From Heterodontus francisci (taxonomy: Eukaryota), in assembly GCF_036365525.1 (NCBI RefSeq), contig NC_090415.1:12400001-12464000 (forward strand): a DNA stretch of 64,000 nucleotides, read 5' to 3'. Shown here piece by piece: positions 35,763-49,139 of the stretch. Position numbers and translations under genes: made by a program. The notes under the pieces were generated by a model. That model was not told the origin of the DNA and ran no database searches. It was given only the letters and a program-made list of their open reading frames with translations. The stretch's first letter is position 1, and the number at the start of each line of letters is the position of its first letter.

Positions 35763-38700
35763 TGGTGGGTGTAAGTTTCACTGTATATCTCTCAATCCCT
35801 AGTCTACAATTTACCTCTGTTATTTTCGGATTTTGAGTGTGGCTTTATCTGTACCTGTCAGTTTGTTTTGTGTGAGTAACGCCTTATTCAGTACCTTTCA
35901 GCTTCAGTTGTGTGTGTGTTCTGGCTTGTAATTTGTCCCCCTCAGTATATGGTATGTGAGTGTGGATTTGACAGTTAATATTACATTCTTGTGTATATGA
36001 GTGGGAGTTCAAACTTTATCTTTGATTGTCTAGTAGCCAATTTAAGGTTTAACCTGCGCCCTTAAATGTCTCATGTGTAGCTGTGGTTTTTAACCTGTCT
36101 CTGTCACTGTCTGATATAAGAGTAAGGGTTTCAGTCTGGTTTTTGAGTGTGGATTTTCCACCACATCTCTACATTCTCTCGGATGTGAAGGTGAGTTTTA
36201 ATCTGTACATGCCAGTTTCTGACATTTGGCTGTGAGGTTTACTTTGTACATTGTCATTCTCTGATATGTGACTGACAATTTTATTCTGAACTTGTCAGTT
36301 TATTTTCTATCTGTGTGAGTTTTAACCTGTATCTGTCAGTGTCTGATATCTGAATCTTCTTAATTATGTTTGTGTTGTTCTGTATCTGTCAGTGTCTGAA
36401 GTGCAATTGTCAGGTTTACTTTGTACCTGTCAGTGTCTGTTGTGGATGAGAGACTTTCACTCTCTAACTGTTAACTTCTTGCAATTCATTATTGATTTCA
36501 CTCTGTGTTTGTCAGTCTCTGGTAGTTAAGTACGGCATTTATACTGTATCTCCTCATTTCTGATGTGTGGATGTAGATATTAATGTGTACCTGTTGGTTT
36601 CTCCTATGAGAGTCTGGGCTAAAATCAATTTCTGCCAGTTTCTCATATGTGAGGGTGGCATTTATTCTGTACCTGTTACTGTCTGAATTAAGAGAAGGTT
36701 TTAATCTTTCTCTGTCAGTTGCTGGTATGTGAATGTGGGTTCATTCTGGATCTTTCAATCTTTGGAATTTGAGTCTGTGTTTTACCCTATTTTGTTTCTG
36801 TTAAGTGAATGAGGGATTAAATCTGTACCTGCGCATTGATAGTAAATGAATGTAGTTTTTAGTCTGTACCTGTCAGTTTATGAAAAATGAAGGTGGTTTT
36901 ATTTCTCTATCTGCCAAATTCTGATATGTGACTGTTGTTTTATTCTGTACCTGTTATTTTCTGGGATATGATTGTGGTTTTTGATCTGTATCTGTCAGTT
37001 TCTATTACTTGAGTGAGTTTTACTTTGAACCAGTTGTCTTCTGGTATGTGAGTGTCAGTTCTAAGCTGCACCGGTAAAGTTAAGGTAATATAGTGTGGTT
37101 TTATTCTGTATCTTTCAAACACTAGTGTGTGACATGGGGCCTTTCTCTGAATCTGTCGATTTCATCTCTGTAACTGTAAGTTTTAATCTGCAACTTACAG
37201 TTCCTGATAGGTGTGTGAGCACATTTTCTTTTCTTCTGCAGCTATCAATGTCTACTACATGAGTATGTGTGTTATTCTTATCTTTCAATTTCTGTCATTG
37301 AAGAATTGCATTTCCTTTGAACTTCTCAGTCTCTGCAATGTGTCCATGGGTTTTACATGGTAACTGTCTCTGTTAAGTGACTCTGGTGTGATTCTCTATC
37401 CGACAGTCTCTTGCATGTGAGTGGTTTTATTTTCTTCTCTGTAACTGTCAGTTTCCCATCAGTGGCTGGAGGTTTTAATCTTTACTTAAACTCTTTAATA
37501 ATTTGTAAATGTGTATTTCACTTTGTGTCTGTCTGTTTACATTCGATGAATGTGTTTATTTTTATTTTGTCAACATCAGTTTCAGGCATGTGAGGGTGAG
37601 ATTCACTGTCTCCAGGATGCACCCTCTTGTGAGATTGACAGGGTGCCTTTTAATCTGATAGTGGGTTCTGCTTTTGAACTTTACCTAACTTTCAGCAGTA
37701 TTGATTTGGAATGGATTGGATACAATGTCTGTCTCTTCTGATTTGTTTGATTGCTGAATTGGAAATGTGTCTCTGAACTTGGGATCAGTGAGAGTTTGAC
37801 CACATCTGCTTCTTGTGACAATGACATGAACTGAAGGCCTATGGGAGTGGTACTGTACCTTGTCAGTGATGGAAGGAGCCGACTGCAGTTTCCCTTGTGC
37901 CTGGGAATCATCACATTCATTCTGCTCCCTTGAACTATTCACCGACAGAAAGGAAGAAAACTATGTATTGTAAGTCACGAGCAGTTGAGGTGGAAGCTAG
38001 AAAAGAGGTTAATGTAACATTTCAATTAATAATCATTATGACTAATCACAAATGCTAACCAAAAATACAAAGAATGTCATTGTCTGATTCCACTGCAGCT
38101 CTCAGCATCTGCTGACGAGGTGTCCTGGCAGTTCCACAACAATTTTGGGACATCCAGAAACAAGCCAACATCTACACTGCTCCAAGGTTGGAACGACCTG
38201 ATGGAGCAGGGATATTTGTGCAGGTCAGCTTTCTATTTCCATCTGGCATTATAATATAATAACCGAAGAACTAGGAGCAGGAGTCAGCCATTCAGCCTCT
38301 CGAGCCTGATCCACCATTCAATAAAGTCATGTCGGATTTGACCTTGGCTTCATTTCCATTATCCTGCCTGGCCAAAAACCCATTACTCCCTTGTAGATCA
38401 AAAGTTTAACTCATCCTTGAATATATTTCATAATCCAGCCCCCACTACTCTCTGGTGCAGAGAATTCCATAGATTAATGATGCTTTGAGAGAAGAAATTC
38501 TTCCTTACCTCTGTCTAACATGGTAGACCCCTTATTCTGAAACTGTGCGACGTGGTTCTTGATTCCCTCAGGAGGGGAGATATCTTCTCAGCATCTACTC
38601 TGTCAAGACCCCTCAGAATCTTACATTTTTCAATAAGATTAGCTCTGATTATTACGAATTCCAATGTTTGTAACACAAACTGCTCAACCTTTTGCTCATA

Positions 38701-38965
38701 AGACAGCCTCTTCATCTCAGGAACCAACTGAACGAATCTTGCCTGAACTGCATCCAATGCACGAAGGAGACCACAACTGTATCCACTACTCCAGGTAAGG
38801 TCTCACCAACACCCTGCAAATTTGTAGCAAAACTTTCCTAAATTTATATTCCAGCCCCCTTGCAGGTAATGCCAAAAGTCTGGCTCTGTTTTCACTATTC
38901 ACTTTTCAATAACAACAAACAGCGTGAAACCGGAGCTAAACCAGGAACAAGCATTACAGGTTTGA
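35000..38965 (+). repeat. Tandem segmental duplication, left copy (right copy ~41660-45442)
   Basis: Collinear and highly similar; near-identical ORF-track translations, e.g. 37550 vs 44055 and 37685 vs 44190. Confidence 0.9.
38270..38880 (-). mobile_element. CR1-group LINE 3' fragment, duplicated at ~44770-45355
   Basis: DAVQARFVQLVPEMKRLSYE...KILRGLDRVD. Confidence 0.8.
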
Positions 38966-39673
38966 GAAGCAATTTTTTTGTTCATTACTTCTGCCATTTC
39001 CTTATTACCAAACTTGAACTTCCAATTTTCATTCTCTCGAGGACCAACACTCACTTTACTTACACTTTTCCTTTTCAAATGCCTGCAGAAACCCTTGCTA
39101 TCCGTTATTACATTTCTAGCTAGCTTACTCCCATGCTCTAATTTCTTTGCTCCTGATTAAACTTTGGTCAGAATATATAGAATGGCACAGAATGACTCAA
39201 TCATCTGACCTACCACTCATCTTTGCACAATTGTGTGCCTTTTCATTCAAGTTGATGCCTTCCTTAACTTCTTTAATCAACCATGGATGGAGGGTCCTCC
39301 CCTTGGAATTATTCTTTTCAGTAGGGATATACTTATTTTAAGTATTCTGAAATATCCACTTAAATGTCTGCCACTGCTTCTCAATTGATCCCAGTTCACT
39401 TCAGCTAGCTCAGCTTTCATGCCCACATAGTTGTCCTTATTTAAGCTTAAAATATTAGTCTTAGACCCACTCCTCTCACTTTCAAACTGGATGCAAACTT
39501 CAATCACATTGTGATCATTGCTACCAAGAGGTGCATTTACTCTGAGGTCATTAATTAATCCTGTCAAATTGCACAATGCCAAGTCAAAAATAACGTGCTT
39601 GCCGGATGGTTCTAGAACATGCTGCTGGAAGAAACGATCTCGAAAGCACTCTATGAACTCCTCATACAGGCTT

Positions 39674-41268
39674 TTTTTTTTATTAGAACATTACAGCGCA
39701 GTACAGGCCCTTCGGCCCTCGATGTTGCGCCGATCATCTGACCTACACTATTCCATTTTCATCCATATGTCTATCCAATGACCACTTAAATGCCCTTAAA
39801 GTTGGCGAGTCTACCACTGTTGCAGGCAGGGCGTTCCACGCCCCTACTACTCTCTGCGCAAAGAAACTACCTCTGACATCTGTCCGATATCTATCACCCC
39901 TCAACTTAAAGCTATGTCCCCTCGTGTTTGCCATCATCATCCGAGGAAAAAGACTCTCACTATCCACCCTATCTAACCCTCTGATTATCTTGTATGTCTC
40001 TATTAAGTCACCTCTCCTCCTCCTTCTCTCTAACGAAAACAACCCCAAGTCCCTCAGCCTTTCCTCGTGAGACCTTCCTTCCATACCAGGCAACATCCTA
40101 GTAAATCTCCTCTGCACCCTTTCCAAAGCTTCCACATCCTTCCTATAATGCGGTGACCAGAACTGCACGCAATGCTCAAGGTGCGGCCTCACCAGAGTTT
40201 TGTACAGCTGCATCATGACCTCGTGGCTCCGAAACTCGATCCCCCTACTAATAAAAGCTAACACACCATATGCCTTCTTAACAACCCTATTAACTTGGGT
40301 AGCAACTTTCAGGGAATCTATGTACCTGGACACCAAGATCTCTCTGCTCATCTACACTACCAAGAATCTTCCCATTAGCCCAGTACTCTGCATTGCTGTT
40401 ACTCCTTCCAAAGTGAATCACCTCACACTTCTCCGCATTAAACTCCATTTGCCATCTCTCAGCCCAGCTCTGCAGCCTATCTATGTCCCTCTGTACCCTA
40501 CAACACCCTTCGACACTATCCACAACTCCACCGACCTTCGTGTCATCCGCAAATTTACTAACCCACCCTTCTACACCCTCATCCAGGTCGTTTATAAAAA
40601 TGACAAACAGCAGTGGCCCCAAAACAGAACCTTACGGTACACCACTAGTAACTAAACTCCAGGATGAACATTTGCCATCAACCACCACCCTCTGTCTTCT
40701 TTTAGCTAGCCAATTTCTGATCCAAAGCTCTAAATCACCTTCAACCCCATACTTCCGTATTTTCTGCAATCGCCTACCGTGGGGAACCTTATCAAACGCC
40801 TTACTGAAATCCATATACACCACATCCACGGCTTTACCCTCATCCACCTGTTCGGTCACCTTCTCGAAAAACTCAATAAGGTTTGTGAGGCACGACCTAC
40901 CTTTCACAAAACCGTGCTGACTATCGCAAATGAACTTATTCTTTTCAAGATGATTATAAATCCTGTCTCTTATAACCTTTTCCAACATTTTACCCACAAC
41001 CGAAGTAAGGCTCACAGGTCTATAATTACCAGGGCTGTCTCTACTCCCTTTCTTGAACAAGGGGACAACATTTGCTATCCTCCAGTCCTCCGGCACTACT
41101 CCTGTCGACAATGACGACATAAAGATCAACAACAACGGCTCTGCAATCTCCACCCTGGCTTCCCAGAGAATCCTAGGATAAATCCCATCTGGCCCAGGGG
41201 ACTTATCTATTTTCACTCTTTCCAAAATTGCTAACTCCTCCTCCTTGTGAATCTCAATCCCATCTAGC
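39674..41268 (-). mobile_element. Young CR1 LINE (third copy of the family), RT half
   Basis: Reverse-complement match to ~25210-26790; one stop and one frameshift. Confidence 0.95.
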
Positions 41269-41304
41269 TTCTATTACCAATCTCATTCTTTCCAGTTTAT
41301 AATT

Positions 41305-41645
41305 ATTTACTTCAGACATACAGCACTGAAACAGGCCCTTCAGTACATCGAGTCTGTGCCAACCATCAACCACCCATTTATACTAATCCTACATTAATCC
41401 CATATTCCTAACCCATCCCCACCTTTCCTCAATTCTCCTACCACCTACCGAAACTCGGGGCAATTTATAATAGCCAATTTACCTATCAACCTGCAAGCCT
41501 TTGGCTGTGGGAGGAAACTGGAGCACCCGGAGAAAACCCACAGAGTCACAAGGAGAACTTGCAAACTCCGCACAGGCAGTATCCAGAATTGGACCTGGGT
41601 CGCTGGAGCTGTGAGGCTGTGGTGCTAACCACTGCACCACTGTGT
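41305..41645 (-). mobile_element. HE1/V-SINE-type SINE
   Basis: Full tRNA-like head, V core and CR1-like tail. Confidence 0.88.
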
Positions 41646-44600
41646 TGTTTGAAAACACCTGTGATTCTTTCCATCTCATTATCACAAGCACCCAATAGAT
41701 ATTCTTGTATCCTTCATCCTAAATTGTGATTACTGTCTGGGGGCCTGTAGACTGTTCCGACTAGTGCCTCTTTCCCCCGACTATTCCTCATCTCCACTCA
41801 AACCGATTCTACATCCTGATCTCCTGAACCAAGGTCATGTCTAACAATTGCACCAATACGATCCTTGATTAACAGTGCCAGCTCTCCACCTTTACCTAGC
41901 TTCCTATTCTTCTTGAATGTTACATATCCCTCAATATTGAGGACCCAATCCTTGTTATCCTGCAGCCATGTCTCCATAATGACTATTAGATCATATTTAT
42001 TTACTTCAACGTGTGCTATCAGTTCCTCTACTTTGTTATGAATTCTATGTGCATTCACATAAAGGGCCTTTGGTGTTATCTTTTTGTTATCTTTGTCACA
42101 TCTAGTGTTGACTGTCGGTCTGCTCTTAGGTTATTTCTCTCTGCCCCTTCCTGCCATTCTCTGGCCTTCATTTCCCATATTACTATTGTGTTCTCCTACC
42201 TTGACTGTACCCCTTGATTTGTTACATCCACTAAAGCTTGATGCCTTTGTTTAGATCAAGTACCTCTCTACATCCCTAGTTATATGGTTTTCTCGAACAC
42301 TGGTCCCAGCTTGGTTCAGGTGTAGACTGTCCAAACGGTGCAGCCTCCACTTTCCCTAGTCATGGTGCCAGTGCCCCACAAACTGAACCTGACTTCTCCC
42401 ACACCAGTCTTGGCGGGTGGAGTTTCACTGTATATCTCTCAATCCCTGGTCTACAATTTACCTCTATCAGTCTTGTATTTTGAGTGTGGCTTTATCTGTA
42501 CCTGTCAGTTTGTTTTATGTGAGAAACATCTTATTCTGTACCTTTGAGCTTCCGGTGTATGCGTATCTGGCTTGTACTTTGTCCCCATCAGTATAGGGTA
42601 TGTGAGTGTGGATTTGACACAATATCACATTCTTGTGTATATGAGTGGGGGTTCACACTTCTCTCCACGCTCTCGGATGTGAATGTGATTTGTAATCTGT
42701 ACATGCCAGTTCCTGACACTGGCTGTGAGGTTTACTTTGTACATTGTCATTCTCTGAAATGTGACTGCCAATTTTATTCTGAACCTGTCAGTCTTTTTTT
42801 CTGTGTGTGTGAGTTTTAACCTGTATCTGTCAGTATCTGATATATGAATGTTCTTAATTATGTGTGTGTTGTTCTGTATCTATCAGTGTCTGAAGTGCAA
42901 TTGTTAGGTTTTCTTTGTACCTGTCAGTGTCTGATATGGATGAGAGACTTTCACTCTCTGTTAACTTCTTGCAATTCACTATGGGTTTCACACTGTGTCT
43001 GTCAGTCTCTGGTAGTTAAGTGTGGCAGTTATACTGTATCTCCTAATTTCTGATATGTGAATGTAGATTTTAATGTGTACCTCTTGGTTTCTCCTATGCG
43101 AGTCTTTTTACAATCTGTTTCTGCCAGTTTCTGATATGTGAGGGTGGTATTTATTCTGTACCTGTTACTTTCCGAAATGTGGGAAGATTTTAATCTTTCT
43201 CTGTCAGTTGCTGGTATGTGAATGTGAGTTAATTCTCGATCTTTCAATCTTTGGAATTTGAGAACATGCTTTACCCTATATCTGTTTGCTTCTGTTAAGT
43301 GAATGAGGGATTAAATCTGTACCTGTCCATTGATAGTATATGAATGTAGTTTTTAGTCTGTACCTGTCAGTTTATGGAAAATGAAAGTGGTTTTATTTCA
43401 CTATCTGCCAGATTCTGATATGTGACTGTTGTTTTATTCTTTACCTGTTATTTTCTGGGATATGATTGTGGTTTTTGATCTGTACCTATCAGTTTCTGTT
43501 ACTTGAGTGAGTTTTACTTTGCACCAGTTGTCTTCTGGTATGTGAGTGTCAGTTTTAAGCTGCACCTGGATGATAGGTTAAACCTTAAGGTATGATGTTG
43601 TGGGTTTATTCTGTCTCTTTCAAATTCTATTCTGTGACATGGGGCCTATCTCTGAATCAGTCGATTTCTGCTCTGTAACTGTACGTTTTAATATGCAGCT
43701 TACAGTTCCTGATAGGTTTATGAGCATATTTTCTTTGTCTGCAGTTATCAATGTCTATTACATGAGGATGTGTGTTATTCCTAGATTTCAATTTCTGTTA
43801 TTGAAGAAGTGATTTTCCTTTGTGCTTCTCAGTCTCTGCAATGTGTCATGGCTGTTACTGGTAACTGTCTGTCTCTGTTAGGTGACTCTGGTTTTATTCT
43901 CTATCGGACAGTCTCTTGCCTGTGAGTGGTTTCATTTTCTTCTCTGTATCTGTCAGTTTACTTTCTGTGGCTGAAGGTTTTAATCTTTACTTAAACTTTT
44001 TAATAATTTGGAAATGTGAATTTCACTTTGTGCCTGTCTGTTTATATTATATGAATGTGTTTATTTTTATTTTGTCAACATCAGTTTCAGGCATGTGAGG
44101 GTGAGATTCACTGTCTCCAGGATGCACCCTCTTGTGAGATTGACAGAGTGCCTTTTAATCTGATAGTGGGTTCTGCTTTTAAACTTTACCTAACTTTCAG
44201 CAGTATTGATTTGGAATGGATTGGATACAATGTCTGTCTCTTCTGATTTGTTTGATTGCTGAATTGGAAATGTGTCTCTGAACTTGGGATCAGTGAGAGT
44301 TTGACTACATCTGCTTCTTGTGACAATGCCATGAACTAAAGGCCTATGGGAGTGGTACTGTACCTTGTCTGTGATGGAAGGAGCCCACTGCACTTGCCCT
44401 TGTGCCTGGGAATCATCACATTCATTCTGCTCCCTTGAACTATTCACCAACAGAAAGGAAGAAAACTATGTCTTGTAAGTCACGAGCAGTTGAGGTGGAA
44501 GCTAGAAAAGAGATTAATGTAACATTTCAATTAATAATATTTATGACTAATCACAAATGCAAACCAAAAATACAAAAAATATCACTGTCTGATTCCACTG

Positions 44601-45794
44601 CAGCTCTCAGCATCTGCTGACGAGGTGTCTTGGCAGTTTCACAACAATTTTGGGACATCCAGAAACAAGCCAACATCTACACTGCTCCAAGGTTGGGACG
44701 ACCTGATGGAGCAGGGATATTTGTGCAGGTCAGGTTTCTATTTCCATCTGGCATTATAATGTAATAACCTAAGAACTAGGAGCAGGAGTCAGCCATTCAG
44801 CCTCTCCAGCCTGATCCACCATTCAATAAAATCATGTCTGATTTGATCTTGGCTTCAGCTCCATTATTCTGCCTGACTAAAAACCCGTTACTCCCTTGTA
44901 GATCAAAAAATTAACTGATCCTTGAATATATTTAATCATCAGCATCCACTTCTCTCAGGGGTAGAAAATTCCATAGATTAATGACGCTTTGTGAGAAGAA
45001 ATTCTTCCTTACCTCCGTCTGAAATGGGAGACCCCTTATTCTGAAACTGTGCGGCGTGGTTCTTGATTCCCTCGAGGGGAGGTATCTTCTCAGCATCTAC
45101 TCTGTCAAGACCCCTCAGAATTTTACATTTTTCTATAAGATTAGCTCTGATTATTACAAACTCCAATGAGTGTAACACAACCTGCTCAACCTTTTCCTCA
45201 TAACGTAACCTCTTCATCACAGGAAGCAACCGAACGAACCTTGCCTGAACTGCATCCAATGCGAAGGAGACCACAACTGTATCCGGTAATCCAGGTGAGG
45301 TCTCACCAACAACTGACGTTTATATTCCATCCCCCTTGCAATAAATGCCAACAGTCCGGCTCTGTTTTCACTATTCACTTGTCAATAACAACAAACAGCG
45401 TGAAATAGGAGCTAAACCAGGAACAAGCATTACAGGTTTGAGGATAAAAACAGCCATGAATTTCAACAGCAGCTTCTTCACCTTTTGTCTCACTTACGCA
45501 GTGCACACGCAGCCCAAGAAATGCCTCTGTCTTCCGCCGCTCACTCCATGTTACCGGATCACTTCCTGCCTCACTCTGTCTCTAGCAAACAACTCGCAAC
45601 CCTCCTGAACTTGCCCCAAAGTCAATGATGATCTCTGAGCCAGATTGCGGACAAGTTTCCCCAAACAAAGTGCTGCTGGAAGGAGACTGCTGTTTGCTGA
45701 CTTACCCCGATACTGTAATATCTCCATTCCCTCTGTTAAAAACAAACGCTTTCCCCTCTTTGAATAAATGCCGTTCAATGGCCTTGCAGGCACA

Positions 45795-45870
45795 GGGGAG
45801 CGCATGCGCTCTGTCGGTCATCAACCATCCGAGGTGTGGGCGTGGCTTTACCGCGCATGCGCTTCTTTCG
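45795..45870. promoter_or_regulatory. Putative promoter with two NRF1 palindromes
   Basis: GCGCATGCGC at 45800-45809 and 45853-45862, GGGCGTGGC GC-box between them; positionally paralogous to 14880-14945. Confidence 0.55.
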
Positions 45871-46389
45871 GCAACGCTTTGAAAAACAAAAATACAAACA
45901 ATTGGAACTTTATTCAGTTCAGTTTTATCACATTGTGAGCAATGGAACAGGGGCTGCGGGTAAGATAGAGAAGGTTCACATCTGGGAGATTACCCCTTTA
46001 TAAAGTTCAATTTGAGATTATTCTCTGCAGTATGTTTGCCCAGTTTCTCAAAGCAATCCTTGGAGGGAGTCGGTGTGTTTGCTGGGATCGCGCAGGATTT
46101 AATATCTGACAGTAACAGTCCTAGATTCATGTAATCACATTGAAAATGTCTGTCACTGAGTGTCACAGCGAACGGTTCGAGCTGAAACATTGCAGAGACC
46201 TCAACAGGGCAGAAAAAAAGTTACATTTGGGACATTGTGTGACTCACTTTCGGACACGTCCTCAGATTGTGAGATTAATAATGTGGCTGCTTGTGGCACC
46301 ATATAAGTGAGAGATAAGTTTGTATCGTCGGTCTCCCCGGGTGGATCTTTCGAGATAAAACGAATCTGACATTTCAGCCCACAACTCAA

Positions 46390-47142
46390 TAATTACAGGC
46401 CAGTCAGTCTAACCTCAGTAGTGAGCAAAATATTGGAATCATTCTGAGAGACAGGATAAACTGTCACTTAGAAAGGCATCGATTAGTCAAGAATAGTCAG
46501 CGTGGATTTGTGAAGGGAAGATCTCGTCTGACCAACTTGATCGAATTTATTGAATTAATAACAAGGAAGTTGTGTGAGGGCACTGCAGTTGATGTGGTCT
46601 ACATGGAGTTTAACAAGGATTTTGACAAGTTCCCACATGGCAGACTGTTTCAAAAAGTAAAATCCCGGGGGATCCAGGAAAATACAGTAAGCTGGATGTA
46701 AATTAGGTTTAGTGGCAGGCAACAAAGGGTAATTATTAACGTGTGTTTTTGCGATTGGAGAGCTGTTTTCATTGGCGTTCCGCTCAGTACTGGGTCACCT
46801 GCTCATTGTGGTATATATTAATGATTTGGACGTAAATGTAGGGGAAATGATCAAGAAGCTTACAGACGACACAAAAATTGGTCATGTGATAGAAAGCGAG
46901 GAGGATTGCTGTAGGCTGCAGGAAGATATTGATGCTCTGGACATATGGGCAAAAAAATGACAAATGGAATAAAATTCGGATAAGTGTGAGGCGATGCATT
47001 TTGGGAGGTCAAACAAGGCAAAGGAATACATGATTAATGGGAATATACTGAGTTGTGTAGAGAATGTGAGGGACCTTGGAGTAAATGTCCACTGACCCAG
47101 AAGGTAGCAGGACAGGTCGACAAGGTTGTTAAGAAGTCATGT
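46390..47142 (+). mobile_element. Decayed CR1 RT fragment, resuming at ~48266-48530
   Basis: NYRPVSLT, LTNLIEF, FDKFPHGRL, LTDDTKIG. Confidence 0.85.
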
Positions 47143-48262
47143 AATTGCTTTCACATGCGTTCAAGTCCTCGGAAGAAGGAATTTTCCTCCACACAAGATC
47201 AGGGGGCAGGTTGTTCAACCTTGCCCATCTAAGAGCGAAGTCCAAAGTACGGAAAGTCCTCATCAGGGAACTCCTCTTTGCTGACGATGCTGCTTTAACA
47301 TCTCATACTGAAAAGTGCCTGCAGAGTCTCATCAACAGGTTTGTGGCTGCCTGCAATGAATTTGGCCTAACCATCAGCCTCAAGAAAACGAACATCATGG
47401 GGCAGGACGTCGGAAATGCTCCATCCATCAATATTGGCGACCACGCTCTCTAAGTGGTTCAAGAGTTCACCTACCAGGCTCAACTATCACCAGTAACCTG
47501 TCTCTAGATGCAGAAATCAACAAGCGCATGGGAAAGGCTTCCACTGCTATGTCCAGACTGGCCAAGTGAGTGTGGGAAAATGGCGCACTGACACGGAACA
47601 CAAAAGTCCGAGTGTATCAGGCCTGTGTCCTCAGTACCTTGCTCTATGGCAGTGAGGCCTGGACAACGTATGTCAGCCAAGAGCGACGTCTCAATTCATT
47701 CCATCTTCGTGCCTCCGGAGAATACTTGGCATCAGGTGGCAGGACCGTATCTCCAACACAGAAGTCCTCGAGGCGACCAACATCCCCAGCTTATACACAC
47801 AACTGAGTCAGCGGCGCCTGAGATGGCTTGGCCATGTGAGCTGCATGGAAGATGGCAGGATCCCCAAAGACACATTGTACAGCGAGCTCGCCACTGGTAT
47901 CAGACCCATCAGCCGTCCATGTCTCCGCTTTAAAGATGTCTGCAAACGCGACATGAAATCCTGTGACATTGATCACAAGTCGTGGGAGACAGTTGCCAGC
48001 GTTCACCAGAGCTGGCGGGCAGCCATAAAGGCGGGGCTAAAGTGTGGCGAGTTCCTGCAGTTGGCAGGAAAAAAGACAGATGCACAAGGGAAGAGCCAAC
48101 TGTGTAACAGCCCCAACAATCAATTTTTTCTGCAGCACCTGTGGAAGAGCCTGTCACTCTAGAATTGGCCTTTATAGCCACTCCAGGTGCTGCTCCGCAC
48201 ACCACTGACCACCTCCAGGCACTTACCCATTGTCTGTCGAGATAAGGAAGCCAAAGAAGAAT
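47143..48262 (+). mobile_element. RTE-clade LINE 3' portion
   Basis: ELLFADDAAL, GLTISLKKT, KVRVYQACVLSTLLYGSEAW, RIPKDTLYSEL; GAA-type tail; possible AATTGC TSD. Confidence 0.88.
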
Positions 48263-48574
48263 TGCATTATAGAGGGTACAGAGGAGATTTACAAGGATGT
48301 TGCCGGGACTGGAAAAAATGCAGCTATGAGGAAAGATTGGGTGGCCTGGGACTGTTCCCCTTGGAACAGAGAATGGTAGATCTGATTGAAATGTATAACA
48401 TTTTGAGAGGCCTGGATAGAGTGGATGTCAAGGGCCGATTTACCTTCGTAGGGAGGTCAGTGACGAGGGGACAAAGACTTAAAGTGTTTGGTAGAAAGAT
48501 TAGCGGGGATACAAGGGAAAGTTTTCCCCACCTAGCAATGCAAAACTGAGCATCCATGAGGCTCTGTGGGCCAT

Positions 48575-49135
48575 TCGGATTAATGTGTACAGTGCTGGTC
48601 TCCTTATTTAAGGAACGGTGTAAGTGCGTTGGAGGCAGTACAGAGAAGGTTTACTAGGCTAATGCCTGGAATGGACGGGCTGTCTTACGAGGAAGGATTG
48701 GACAAGCTAGGCTTGTATCCACTGGAATTTAGAAGAGTAAGATGTGACTTGATTGAAACATATAAGATCCTGAGGGGTCTTGACAGGGTGGATGTGGAAA
48801 GGATGTTTCCCCTTGTGGGAGAATCTATAACTAGGGGTCACTGTTTAAAAATAAGGGGTCGCAAATTTAAGACAGAGATAAGGAGATTTTTATTTTCTTT
48901 CGGAGGGTCGTGAGCCTTTGGAATTCTCATCCTCAAAAGGCGGTATAAGCAGAGTCTTTGAATATTTTTAAGGCAGTGTAAATAGTTTCTTGACGAACAA
49001 GGGAGTGGAGGATTACCGGGGGGGGTGGTGGAAATGTGAAGTAATCAGTAGAGACAAAAACTTATTGAATGGCATGGCAGAGCAGGCTCGAAGGACCGAG
49101 TGGCCTACTCCTGATCATAATTCGTATGTTCGTAC
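48575..49135 (+). mobile_element. CR1-group LINE 3' end
   Basis: EAVQRRFTRLMPG...ETYKILRGLDRVD plus 3' UTR ending in CGTATGTT repeats. Confidence 0.88.
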
Positions 49136-49139
49136 ATGA

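Larger units (their letters stand above)
38970..42410 (-). mobile_element. Old CR1-group LINE 5' half hosting a young CR1 and a SINE
   Basis: LCNLTGLINDLRV, NAHRIHNK, IMETWL; paralogous to 10215-11720 and 34670-35762. Confidence 0.85.

Noticed and set aside
37685-37942. 85-aa minus ORF conserved with 44190-44450
   Set aside because: Conservation reflects the recent tandem duplication; the same frame has stops in the older paralogs at ~3.5 and ~13.3 kb.
47143-48262. Horizontal transfer of the RTE element
   Set aside because: RTE-clade elements are known for horizontal transfer, but nothing in this window tests it; it needs cross-species identity comparison.
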